From Eledone cirrhosa (Eukaryota), in NCBI GenBank assembly GCA_964016885.1, contig OZ024760.1:6882001-6946000 (forward strand): a stretch of DNA of 64,000 nucleotides, written 5' to 3'. Numbering within the stretch: the first letter of the stretch is position 1; the number at the start of each line of letters is the position of its first letter. Positions 23,960-37,117 of this stretch are shown piece by piece. The notes beneath the pieces were generated by a model, which was given only the letters and a program-made list of their open reading frames with translations, had not been told where the DNA came from and made no database searches. Position numbers and translations under genes: made by a program.

Positions 23960-24266
23960 TTATGATGTAAAGTTATGTTGGTGCCGCGCCTTCGAGGCCG
24001 AAACAAATGAGGTCGTGTAGGTGTCACGACAAAAAAACACACAGTCCACGCTGTAATGTGGCCGTGTAGGCAACACGGTAAAAACCTCCCAGACCCACAC
24101 TGTAAATGTGGTTGGTGTTAGGAAGGGCATCCAACTGTAGAAAACCTGCCAGACAGTCCTATGCGAGCAAGACAATCACTCTTGCCTCAAGTGGGACTAC
24201 CCCCGTCCAAACCCATGCAAGCGTGGAACACGGACGTTAAACGTTGATGATGATGATGATGATGAT
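23960..24266 (+). mobile_element. RTE-LINE 3' UTR module copy
   Basis: Same module as 56430-56793: 48-mer-like units, GTTGGTGTTAGGAAGGGCATCC, (GAT)n tail. Confidence 0.8.
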
Positions 24267-24268
24267 GT

Positions 24269-24603
24269 GGAGGCACATGGCTTAGTGGTTAGAGCATTGG
24301 CCTTGCAATCGAAAGGTTGTGAGTTCAATTCTCAGACTGGGTGATGTGTTGTTTCCTTGAGCAAGACACTTTATTTCACATTGCTCCAGTTTACTCAGCT
24401 GTAGAAATGAGATGATAGGGACTGGGGTCCCTATCATTCCACTGCAAAGTGGTCGTGGAGGTGCCACGGCAAAAAAGCACCCAGCACTCACTGTAAATGA
24501 GGTTGGTGTTAGGAAGGGCATCCAGCTGTAGAAATCAAGCCAAAATCAGTTCCCGTCCCACCCTTGCAAGCAGGGAAAAAGTGGACATAAAATGGAATGA
24601 TGA
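24269..24603 (+). mobile_element. tRNA-headed SINE (family A), inserted in the (GAT)n tail of the preceding element
   Basis: Full-length match to the 20017 copy. Confidence 0.92.
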
Positions 24604-24835
24604 ATGTGTATAAGTTTTAAAGAATTACAGAAAGATCATCATTTAACATCCATTTTCCATGCTTGCATGGAGTTAAATGGGTTATCACATTATGAGACAA
24701 GTCAGGTCCAGAGACTACATCTTGCTTATACAGATCTGTATTTTGGCTTGGTTTCTACACCTGGAGCCTTTCCTAATACCAACCATGTTACATTGTGGAC
24801 TGGATACTTTTTATCGCGGCACTGAAACAACCACA

Positions 24836-25110
24836 ACCACCTTACAGGGTGAACTGGGTGCTTTTTGTCATGTAACCAACATGACCACCTTACAGGGTGA
24901 ACTGGGTGCTTTTTGTCATGTAACCAACATGACCACCTTACAGGGTGAACTGGGTGCTTTTTGTCATGTAACCAACATGACCACCTTACAGGGTGAACTG
25001 GGTGCTTTTTGTCATGTAACCAACATGACCACCTTATAGGGTGAACTGGGTGCTTTTTGTCGCGTCACCAACACAACCACCTTACAGTATGGACAGTACT
25101 TTTTGTCATG
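24836..25110. repeat. 48-bp minisatellite (~5.5 copies) inside a minus-strand LINE/SINE 3' module
   Basis: Unit accaccttacagggtgaactgggtgctttttgtcatgtaaccaacatg; module tail at 24636-24790. Confidence 0.9.
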
Positions 25111-26044
25111 TCCTAAATATACAAATGTGGTGTACCATTATGGTTGATTTCACTAGTATATACAATATATACTTGTTCTGTGTGCTTTGTTTCAGTGAAA
25201 ACAGGGATGGGTAACACATATGACCTTTACAGGACCTTCAAAGCTGTTGGCGGGATTAAAGCCACTACATCAACATGGCTTCATTTAAAAAATTGTCTAC
25301 AAAAATACAACTTAAAAACCAACATGAGACCCATCTACTGGATCTAAGAACTGAGCTAAGAATGTGTGTAAAATAAGTGTGACTTACACACTAGTATATA
25401 TAATACAATTTTTTTCCATATGCTGATGTGTATGTGTAGATGTGTGTGCATGTGAGTATGTGCATATGCATACAATTATTTGTATGAGTATATCAATATA
25501 AACATGCAAACACAGACACTTGCCTTTCCTTCCTTTTACACACACATACATTTGTACAGGCAACAAACGTAAAGAGAGGAGTAGTATGAGGTAGTCAAAC
25601 TACTCCCCTCTCTTTTTACGTGTTGTGACAGAATTGCAGAAACATATATAAATAGTATTTATATCCCACTAATAGAAATTTTAATTTGTTTTAAAGGAAA
25701 GCAATATCAGAGATTAAGCCTCCAATTGTTTCTATAATTTGGACTGTGTTAATGTTTTATATATAATGTAAGGTGGTCATGTTGACACAATGAAAAACCA
25801 CCCAGTCTAACCTGTCAGTCGGTTGTTTTGGTACCACAGTAAAAAGCACCCAGTCCACACTGTAAATGCGATTGGTGTTAGGAAGGGCATCCAGCCATAC
25901 AAACCAACTCAGGTAGTTCTGTATGAGCAAGACACTGTCACCTGATCTGGTTTGTCACAACGGGACAACTCGTCTAACCCATGCCTGTGTGAAAAAAATG
26001 GACGTTAAACGGTGATACTGATGATGATATATATATATATATAT

Positions 26045-26335
26045 GGAGGCACATGGCTTAGTGGTTAGAGCATTGGCCTTGCAATCGAAAGGTTGTGAGT
26101 TCAATTCTCAGACCGGGTGATGTGTTGTGTCCTTGAGCAAGACACTTTATTTCACATTGCTCCAGTTTACTCAGCTGTAGAAATGAGATGATAGGGACTG
26201 GGGTCCTTATCATTCCACTGCAAAGTGGTCGTGGAGGTTGGTGTTAGGAAGGGCATCCAGCTGTAGAAATCAAGCCAGAATCAGTTCCCGTCCCACCCTT
26301 GCATGCAGGGAAAAGCGGATGTAAAATGATGATGA
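26045..26335 (+). mobile_element. tRNA-headed SINE (family A, internal deletion)
   Basis: A/B boxes and tail as at 20017; sits after another 3' module copy (25760-26028). Confidence 0.9.
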
Positions 26336-26814
26336 TACTGATGATATATATATAATCATCATCACTATTTAATGTCCATTTATATATATGTATATAATGA
26401 TAACTGCCACTTCTTTACAGAAGAGGGCCATCACTCCAATGCTGTGTTGAACAGTCACAAGCCTGCAAATGATTGCAAACCCATCTCGCTCCTGCATACC
26501 TTTTTACAGATGTGACACAGGCCTTTAGATAGTCTTCACTGTAACTTGCTCCTTTATGCTCACACACAATTACATCATAGAAGGGTCAATGGAGACCATT
26601 TAACCCTTTCATTATGAAACCCTACCAAAAACTAGCTCTGGGCCTATAAAAAAAAAATGGGTTTCCTATTTAAATTCTCCAACAGAAATTTCTATCTTAA
26701 CAAAGAGATAATTTTAGTAAATCCTTCGAAATTCTACACAAATTGAAATAAAGAGTATTTCATTAGAAATATAACCAGTAAGTATGAACGACACACAAAA
26801 ACAGTAATACAACT

Positions 26815-27165
26815 CCCAGTGCTACCACTTACAGAGTGTACAGGGTGCAATGTGTGGTGTCACTAGCACCACCACTTTACAGAGAGGCAGGGTATATTTT
26901 ATTGTGCCACCAGTACTACTACTTAACAGAGTGTACTGGGAGTATTGTATCATATCACCAGCACTACCACTTTACTGAGTGGACTGGGTGTAATGTATTG
27001 TCACCAACACTACCATTTTACAGAGTGTACTGGGTGTAATGCAATTGTAACCAGCACTACTACTTAACAGAGTGTACTGGGTGTATTGTATCATATCACC
27101 AGGACTACCACTTTACAGAGTGGACTGGGTGTAATGTATTGTCACCAACACTATCTCTTTACACC
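26815..27165. repeat. Degenerate ~48-bp array of the same core family
   Basis: Repeated caccagcactaccactttacagagtgtactgggtg variants. Confidence 0.75.
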
Positions 27166-28585
27166 ACCATCGTTACAGTTAAACAATTATTTTTCTCACT
27201 TAGCAAGGACTGGACAGATCATTAGTAGGCCAAGTTAGTACTTAATTGGAGCCCTGATCTCTCAGATGGGGTAGGACCAACCATTAGATATACTTCCATA
27301 CTCTCTAGAGTGAGGGACACCGTACAATCACAACACAAATATTGAAGAGTTCTGTTGACCCTTTGTTTGGTAAGTTTTCTACAGCAAGATGACCTTCCTA
27401 TCACCAACCATTTTACAGTGTACCCAACGCATTTCATTGTGTAGGTCACTGACAGAAAAGAGGTTGCTGTGAACTTGCTGCAACTGAACAGTCCTCTCAA
27501 CCCCAACCATTTTACAGAGTGTACCCAGCGCATTTCATTGTATAGGTCACCAGCACAGAGGTTGCTATGCCCTTGACAACAGAAGAGTCCTCTCAAACAG
27601 CCTTTTGGCATGATTTATACAGCTGGGTGCCTTTTCTGTTATCAACCATTTTACAGAGTGTACATAGCACATTTTATTCTGTAGGTCACAGACAAGAGGT
27701 TGCTGAGCCCTTGACATGACGGAAGAGTCCTGTCAACTTCCTTTAGGCGTTTCTACAGCTTAAGGTCTTATTTCATGAACCACCTTACAGAGTACTAGTG
27801 TGTTTTATCAATACAAATGATTACATTTACAGGTACCAACTATCACCAACACCAACACCACTAACAACAACACCACTAACAACAACAGTTCCTGCCAGAG
27901 AAAAATATTGATTTATGATTTAGGAACAAGGCCAACATTTTTTTTTTTTTTTTTTGGAGGGGGGAAAGGTGAAGTTGATTAAATCAACTTGAGAAGGATG
28001 AGAAGTAAAATTAACCTTGGCTGGATTTGAACTGATAAAGGACCAAAACAAATACCGCAATGGCATTTTATTATACAACAAAACCAATTCAGATGAGAAG
28101 ACTTCATTAGCAACGAAGAAGTCCATCAACAAACCTACCACCACCGTGTCTCACATCATGTACAAACACCAAATTGGCTGGTTGGGACACATCACACAAC
28201 TCCTGGCAAACATGCTAATCAGGTCCTGTATTGGTACACCTCCCCCTACACCCAATAGAAAGACACGATGAGGACGTCCCAAGATAAACTGGCACCAGAC
28301 AATCGACAGGAGCCAGAAACCAGTCAACAAAAGTTGGAATGATGTATTAATAGATGGAACTACTGTGGTCATTAGAGCACTTTGGCTGCCTCATATGTCT
28401 GACACTGGATGTATTGATAGATGCAACTGACCATGGTCATTGGCACACTTTGGCTGCCTCATGTCTCAAGACACAGGAACTTCTAAGTCTACCAATTCTT
28501 TCCAATTCACCACCAACGTTAACCCCCCCCCCCCCCAACAAAAAAAAACATTAAAAGAAGCAAAAATAAGTGGATTTATATTTAC

Positions 28586-28805
28586 CTAGGGAGGTTTGGG
28601 CCAGGGAGGCGGTCACATTGACCACTTTATCCCCTTCACCTGTCGGGCTAATACGGCCACTTACAGGTGACGAATTCTGTTTCCTTTTGATAGCATCTTT
28701 GTAACATTTGGAACACATGCCATCAAGGGCAGCAGTGCCGTAAAACCCACATCCCATTCGGCATAGGGTTCCTGCAGGGAGATTTTGATTACCATTTTGT
28801 TCCAT
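28586..28805 (-). CDS. ZFAND5: ZFAND5/6-like A20/AN1 zinc-finger protein, first coding exon (A20 finger); exon spans 28586-28816 including 11 nt of 5' UTR
   Basis: [37 protein letters not shown] matches the A20 finger consensus LCxxGCGFYGx5GMCSxCYK. Acceptor ttttcttttctag|G at 28817/28816, donor CTAG|gtaaat at 28586/28585. 220 nt of CDS, phase 1. ZFAND5 vs ZFAND6 cannot be distinguished (probably a single invertebrate co-ortholog). Confidence 0.93.
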
Positions 28806-29029
28806 TTCCAGTAACCCTAGAAAAGAAAAAATATAAATATATAAACAAGGAAACCTACGAGTTGTAATTTCATAATTTACATAATCATCATCATAGTTTA
28901 ATGTCTATTTTACACACTAGAATGGTTAAGACAAGCTGTCCCTTTGTGAGAGATCTGGTCCAGTATTTCGCTCACACAGGGCTGATTTTGGCTTGGTCTC
29001 TACAGCTGGAAACCCTTCCTAACGCCAAC

Positions 29030-29287
29030 CACATTTACAGTGTGGTGGGTGCTTTTTGTCATGACACCTACAGGCCCACTTTACAGCGTGGACTGGGCAC
29101 TTTTTGTCGTGACACCTACAGGACCACTTTGCAGCATGGACTGGGCACTTTTTGTTGTGACACCTACAGGACCACTTTACAGCGTGGACTGGGCACTTTT
29201 TGTCGTGACACCTACAGGACCACTTTACAGCGTGGACTGGGCACTTTTTGTCGTGACACCTACAGGACCACTTTACAGTGTGGACTC
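29030..29287. repeat. 48-bp minisatellite (~5 copies) inside a minus-strand 3' module
   Basis: Unit ccactttacagcgtggactgggcactttttgtcgtgacacctacagga, adjoining cccttcctaacgccaac. Confidence 0.9.
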
Positions 29288-29501
29288 GAGGCTTCGCTGG
29301 ATGTATACTTCAACTTGTCCTATAGTGCCAAGTAATCCCAGTGGATGGAGGGTGTAATAGTGGAAGACCAAGGAAGTGGTATGAGAGCTGATCTCAGATC
29401 GCTAATGTTCATGGAGGAGATAAAGGAACACGACAAGTGGAGAAATGGTGTACTGAGATGGACCTGTCCAACATATGCAAGCGTGAAACGGACATAAAAT
29501 G

Positions 29502-29534
<33 letters not shown>

Positions 29535-29684
29535 TGTATAAATATATATATACACACATGTATATATATGTATAAATCTATATGTGCGCGCACACATTTT
29601 GTTGTGTCGTTTTCCATGCCAGCATGGGTGACAAATATAAGGTGTATGTGTGTGTGTGTGTGTGTGTGTGCATATATATATATA

Positions 29685-29980
29685 GAGGCACATGGCTTAG
29701 TGGTTAGAGCATTGGCCTTGCAATCGAAAGGTTGTGAGTTCAATTCTCAGACCGGGTGATGTGTCGTTTCCTTGAGCAAGACAATTTATTTCACATTGCT
29801 CCAGTTTACTCAGCTGTAGAAATGAGATGATAGGGACTGGGGTCCCTATCATTCCACGGCATAAAAAGCACCCAGCACTCACTGTAAATGAGGTTGGTGT
29901 TAGGAAGGGCATCCAGCCAGAATCAGTTCCCGTCCCACCCTTGCAAGCAGGGAAAAAGCGGACGTAAAATGAAATGATGA
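29685..29980 (+). mobile_element. tRNA-headed SINE (family A)
   Basis: A/B boxes, internal hairpin and RTE tail. Confidence 0.9.
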
Positions 29981-30139
29981 TATATATAAACACACACACA
30001 CAACCTTTGTTGTATGGACATGAGAAAGAGTACTCAATAACAAAGAGTTTAAATACTCTTAATTTGACTAGGTAATGGGCCTTGTTACCCTGGAGAGTCA
30101 CTACTTAGCCATATTAAACGCACGTGTATATATATATAT

Positions 30140-30560
30140 ATACTGCTGTAGTGGAGTCTGTGCTGCTGTATGGGTCTGAGACTTGGACACTGACCAAGAA
30201 ACTCACTCAGATGGTGGATGGGTGCTACACGACAATGCTGAGGATGGCTCTGAACATTAATCAGTATACACTGAGGATGAAAAACTCAGAGCTGTATGGG
30301 AGCATCCCAAAAGTCAGCTCAAAAGTGACACAGAGGAGACTGAGGTTAGCTGGACATGCTCACCGACATCCAGAGTTGACATTGCACTCAGTGCTCCTGT
30401 GGGAGCCCCCTACATGGACACACTAGAAGAGGAAGACCAAGGTTAACCTAAGGACAGACACTGGTCTGTTGGAGACGCAGGACATGGCAGCGATAATGAG
30501 GTGACAGAGACCGCTGGAGAGAACTCATCCATGGATCTCGGGAATTTTACCCGCCTTAGA
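30140..30560 (+). mobile_element. LINE (RTE-group) 3' fragment; second copy at 46045-46410 (-)
   Basis: YTAVVESVLLYGSETWTLTKK...MLRMAL...RRLRLAGH is a LINE ORF2 C-terminal signature; the two copies are nearly identical. Confidence 0.85.
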
Positions 30561-30598
<38 letters not shown>

Positions 30599-30702
30599 CA
30601 AGGCAAATGTAAACTGTTGATTAGAGCTTCACATTACTGACCTGTGACCTGAGGATAGGTAACAAGGAAGACCTAATGGCTCAGATTTAATATATATACA
30701 TA

Positions 30703-30745
<43 letters not shown>

Positions 30746-30851
30746 ACATATATATATATATGCAAAGTTTTATTTAAATTGTTGGGTTACAACGAGTAAA
30801 TATTTATAACTGATATAAAAGCACTCAACAAGTATTTGGAGTATATTTACG

Positions 30852-31205
30852 ATATTAAATAAATGGAAACTATATTTATAAAACCATATTTATTTCATTA
30901 TATATATTTCAGGGATATCATATTAAAAATATGGCATGCCTTCATCAGACAAAATACAATATAAACAGTCTTATAAATAGATAGATTTGACATACCTTAC
31001 AACTTCAACTTCCATTTAAAACTACCAAATCAACTTTTTAAATGGAAGTTGAAGTTGTAAGGTATGTCAAATCTATCTATTTATAAGACTGTTTATATTG
31101 TATTTTGTCTGATGAAGGCATGCCATATTTTTAATATGATATCCCTGAAATATGTATAATGAAATAAATATGGTTTTATAAATATAGTTTCCATTTATTT
31201 AATAT
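30852..31205. repeat. Near-perfect 170-bp inverted repeat with 14-nt loop (Penelope-like terminal repeat pair)
   Basis: 30852-31021 is the reverse complement of 31036-31205, with one mismatch seen. Confidence 0.93.
31101..31166 (+). ncRNA. Minimal type I hammerhead ribozyme motif (mirror copy on - at 30891-30956)
   Basis: TATTTTGT-CTGATGA-AGG[..CATATT ttt AATATG..]CCT-GAAA-TATGTATA|ATGAAATA: stem I of 8 bp (two GU pairs), stem II, short palindrome-like stem III, AUA cleavage triplet. Confidence 0.7.
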
Positions 31206-31219
31206 TGTATATATATATA

Positions 31220-31824
31220 GGAGATCAGATTAGCATGGGAGGAGGGTGTTCCGAGGCCATAGTATCTAGAATAAGGACGGGTTGGAAGAAGTTTAGGGAG
31301 CTGCTTCCTCTGTTGACGAAGAAGGGTTTCTCCCTGCGTACGAAAGGCCGGTTGTATGATGCCTGTGTGAGGAGCGCGATGCTGCATGGTAGTGAGACAT
31401 GGGCAGCTACCGCAGAAGATATGCAACGGCTGGAGAGAAATGAGGCAAGCATGCTCCGTTGGATGTGCAGTGTAAATGTGCGTGAACGACCCAGCATAAA
31501 TGTGTTGAGAGAGAAACTGTGTCTGAGAGGGATAGAATGTAGTGTGCGGGAGAGGAGACTGAGGTAGTATGGACATGTGATGCGCATGGAGGATGACCGA
31601 TGGGTGAAGAAGTGCCAGGAATTGCCAGTTGAAGGAAGACGTGGTAGAGGTAGACCACGAAAAACATGGGCGGAGGTGGTGAGAACAGACCTCAGATCAT
31701 TGAAGCTCACGGTGGAGATGACGAGGGACCGTGACGAGTGGAGAGATGCTGTGCTGAATAAGACCCGTCCCACCCTTGCAAGCAGGGAAAAGCGGACGTA
31801 AAATGATGATGATGATGATGATGA
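31220..31824 (+). mobile_element. RTE LINE 3' fragment; near-identical family copy at 44893-45322
   Basis: GDQISMGGGCSEAIVSRIRTGWKKFRELLPLL...LHGSETW...GRRGRGRPRKTW, with one premature stop and a (GAT)n tail. Confidence 0.92.
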
Positions 31825-32014
31825 TATATATATATATATATATACACACACCAAGGCAAATGAAAACTGTTGATTAGAGCTTCACATTACTGACCTGTGA
31901 CCTGAGGATAGGTAACAAGGAAGACCTAATGGCTCAGATGTAATATATATACATAACACACACACACATACATACATATATATATATATATACATAATAT
32001 ATATATATATACAT

Positions 32015-32057
<43 letters not shown>

Positions 32058-32107
32058 TCAAATACACATATATATACATTCACACATGTATATAGACAAA
32101 TACACAC

Positions 32108-32470
32108 GCCTATTGTCCATCGTTCTCGGCGACGAGTGCCCCAGTTAATTCAAACAAAGGATCTGTGTGATCGTGGCTAGACTGGAGAGTTAAGGTCACG
32201 AGCATTACGTGTTCCCCTTAATCGAATAAACACTTTAGCTGGATACTCCACCCGACACGTGCACCTCTCCGGGAGATTCAACGTGACACAGGGTGGACAA
32301 AGCTGCCCCCCCCCCCCACCTCTCCCTGAATCGTTTGATCCAGGTGAGCTGGGTTCAAACAGCGTGTTGCTAAGTGTCTTGCTCAAGGACACGACGCCCG
32401 CTCCGGGAATCGAACTCACGACCTTACGATCGTGAGCCCAACACCCTAACCCCTACCTACGCCTTAACCA
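32108..32470 (-). mobile_element. tRNA-derived SINE (family C)
   Basis: Minus strand GAGTTCGATTCC B box, then GTGTCCTTGAGCAAGACACTT body and a distinct 3' region. Confidence 0.75.
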
Positions 32471-32493
32471 TATATACATTTCTTAAATTCCAC

Positions 32494-32530
<37 letters not shown>

Positions 32531-32632
32531 TAACTATAATAAAGGAATATATATAAAAGGTGAAATTATGTAACACGACTGAAAAAAAAAGATATATCTA
32601 GAGACACATTCGAAAATAAACGTGTGTATATA

Positions 32633-32775
<143 letters not shown>

Positions 32776-32907
32776 CTACATGGAAAGAGCAAGAGAGAAT
32801 TTTCTGTCCGTGTGAGCAAGTAATTTACAATAATAGTAATAACAGTAGTAATGCGAGTATTAATGCTTTCTGAAGGCAGCAGAACACACACACATATACA
32901 CACACAT

Positions 32908-32940
<33 letters not shown>

Positions 32941-33161
32941 TATACACGAGCAGAAAGGCGGATGTTTTACAAGTTCACTCCCAAATGAAAGTGCAAAATA
33001 TATTACTACTACTAATAATAATAATAATAGTAATAGTAGTAATAGTATAAATAATGATTTCTTTATTAACCACAAGGGTTTACATAAAGTAGACATTAAG
33101 GACAATACAGGGCGGTACAAATGGGCATTTCTGCGTAATAATATAAATAATAACAATATAA

Positions 33162-33207
<46 letters not shown>

Positions 33208-34558
33208 AATAATAATAATTGTTTCTACCTTTGGCACAAGGCCAGCAATAACCCAGTACATTACTGGTACTTGATAAATAATAATAATGATGATAAAAAG
33301 AGAGAAAAAGTGTTGAGTTGAAGTTAAAGGTAAGGACAGTTGTGTGATTCACAGAATGTACACGTCACATTTAGAAATACAACAGAGATAGAGTGGATAT
33401 AGAAAATTACAGCTTACTTACCCTTACAGATGGCTTTAAATAACAAACAAACAGCTAAGTTTAAATTAAATTAAATTAAATTAAATTATCTTTTACAACG
33501 AAAGAAAAAAGAAAAAAATTATCCAGCTCTTTTTTTTTTGTTGTTTTTTGTTTCGTTTTTTTATATCAAGTCAATTAGGGAAAGAGCTTGATTTTTTATG
33601 GTTACACCCCCCACTAAAACACTAGGTATTTTTTAAAGAGGACGGCTACAACTACAACAACACCAACAACCACACACCACTCCAGCCAATTGCTTGTTGC
33701 TATTTTTTTTTCATGTCGCTTCAAAAAAAATAAAATAACATTTTAAAAACTAGGACTTAATTTTAAGAATGAAAAAAAATCAACTGTATTCTCTTCACAA
33801 CAGCTGAGCTGATAAAATATAGATTTAGATCTCATGTCCCTTTGTTGTTGTTGTTGTAGTTGTTGTTGATGTTTTATGGAGGTGGGTTATTTTGTGTTGG
33901 TGTTAGTTTGTTTTTTTTGTTTTTTTTGTTAAAATGTCGTTAAATAAATAAACAAGATGGATAGAGAGAGAGAGAGAGAGAGAGATAGGTAATAATTCAA
34001 GAGAGAGGTAACTATAATTGGAGAGAGGTAGAGAGAGAGAGGTAATAATTCAAAGCCTATTTCGTAATAAAAAAATAATTCTCATAATCAGTATACCATC
34101 ATATGTATACACACACACATGTACACACGTACAAATAATATACACACACACATACACCTATGTACACACGCACATCTACACACACATACACACATGTACA
34201 CACACACACAATATATACACACATGAACACACGCACATAATATAGATACACACACGGCCTGCTGGTGACTGAAAACAATTATTACGTAAACAAGAAAAAT
34301 AGATGAACAATCGACACAATTAGAAAGTTCACAACTAATTATATATATATACATATATAAATCATTACATATATATATATATAATTGTTTCTACTTTTGG
34401 GACAAGGCCCGCAATTACCCAGTACATTACTGGTACTTTATTTTATCGACCCCGTAAGGATGAAAGGAAAAGTCAACCTCGGCGGGATTTGAACTCAGAA
34501 TGGCAAGGGGCGTAACTCTATGCGTCAAAGCATGGCATCCGACCCTCTACTGATACTT

Positions 34559-34607
<49 letters not shown>

Positions 34608-34904
34608 GATTTATATATTATATATGTATATAGCTTTAATTCCATCTATCTACAATAAATAACCTAGTGAAAAAAAATGTGTCCTACATCATACCATGTC
34701 AGAAAAGGAATACACACACACGTATAGAGATTGAGAGAAGAGTGTGTGTCTGTGTGTGTGTAGAGAGAGAGAGAGAGAGTATGTATGTAGAGAGATAGAG
34801 AGAGAGAAGAGTGTGTGTGTGTAGAGAGAGAGAGAAGTATGTATGTAGAGAGAGATAGAGAGAGAAATATGTGTTTAAATATATAAAGAGAAAGATGTGT
34901 GTAC

Positions 34905-34935
<31 letters not shown>

Positions 34936-35753
34936 AGAGAGAAAGAGGGGTGGATGTGCTTAATATATATGGAGAAAGAAAGATGTGAATATGAAAGAGA
35001 GAGAAAGCTGTGGATGTATGTATACTATATATATACATATCCATATATATATATATACATATACATTATATATATATATATATGCGAGAGACTGAGGAGA
35101 AGAGATTTTACAAAGGTTAAGGGAGGAGGAAATAATGGCTTCTACTTTTGGCACAAGGCCAGCAATTATCCCAGTGCATTACTGGTACTTTATTTTATCG
35201 ACCCCCGTAAGGATGAAAGGCAAAGTTTACCTCGGCGGGATTTGAACTCAGACCGTATAAGGCCGTAACTCTATGCTGCGAAGCATGGCGTCCGACCCTC
35301 TACCAATATTTCCTTACGCAAGGGGAAACAACATTCAGTTATTTTATTACCAACCATACGAAATAGACCAGCTTGTTATGAATGTGTGTGTGTATACAGT
35401 ATGTATGTGTGTGTGTATATATGGGTATGTATGTGTGTATATATACGTATGTATGTATCTAATATATATATATATACTATATATGTATATATATACGTAT
35501 GTATGTATCTAATATATATATATATATATATATACGTATGTATGTATCTAATATATATATATATATACAATACATAGTATATATGTATATATATACGTAT
35601 GTATGTATCTAATATATATATATACAATACATAGTATATATGTATATATATACGTATATATACAATACATAGTATATGTATATATATACGTATATATACA
35701 ATACATAGTATATGTATATATATACGTATATATATATATATGTATATATATAC

Positions 35754-35787
<34 letters not shown>

Positions 35788-35788
35788 G

Positions 35789-35824
<36 letters not shown>

Positions 35825-35830
35825 TCAAGA

Positions 35831-35880
<50 letters not shown>

Positions 35881-35886
35881 TCAAGA

Positions 35887-35957
<71 letters not shown>

Positions 35958-35964
35958 TTCAAGA

Positions 35965-36000
<36 letters not shown>

Positions 36001-36135
36001 TTCTATTTAAATTGTTGGGATACAACAAGCAAATATTTTTATAACTGATATAAAGCACTCAACAAATTATTGGAGTAAAAATACGATATATTAACAAATG
36101 GAAATATATATATATATATATTAGAATTGGAGCTC

Positions 36136-36188
<53 letters not shown>

Positions 36189-36278
36189 TATGTGTATATG
36201 CAATGCTGAAATGATAAAGAAGGAGTCCATATTTATTACATTCACAACAGACAAAAGCCATCGTAATTTCTTTCATCT

Positions 36279-36320
<42 letters not shown>

Positions 36321-36568
36321 TGCCTTGTTTTTCTTCTTCCTTCCTTTCTTTCTTTCTCCAGCCAACAGAAACAGATATCGTAAGGGCAAATCGGAGAATA
36401 ATGATGATGATGATGATGATAAAAATATATAAAGTAAATATGATATCAGGAGAGAGAGAGAGAGAGAGGAAATGTGTTGTGTTGTTTGTGTGAGTGAAAT
36501 AGAAAGAAAGCAAACCCTTACAAGAGAGAGAGAGAGAGTGTGATAGTGATACGGAGTGAATTAGAATA

Positions 36569-36617
<49 letters not shown>

Positions 36618-36776
36618 GTGTGTGTTAATGGTTTATTAAAGGATTTTCTTAACCCAATTACATTTTTAGAAATAATATATATATATGTATATATATATAC
36701 CCATACATACATATACACGTAGATACCCAGATATGTGTCGATGTATAATATATGGGGCAATATATGTGTATATGTG

Positions 36777-36808
<32 letters not shown>

Positions 36809-36954
36809 TACATATACACGTAGATAACCAGATATGTGTCGATGTATAATATATATATAGGGCAATATATGTGTATATATACACACACACACACACACAA
36901 TCAAGAATGAAATATTGCATGCAAAAGAAAACAGACAAATATACCAGATTATAT

Positions 36955-36990
<36 letters not shown>

Positions 36991-37117
36991 GGGTGAGTGT
37001 GTACATATATATATATGTATATATATGGGTGAGTGTGGAGGCAGATGGCTTAGTGGTTATATATACCAGATGTGGTTATATATACCAGATTATATGTATA
37101 TATATATGGGTGAGTGT

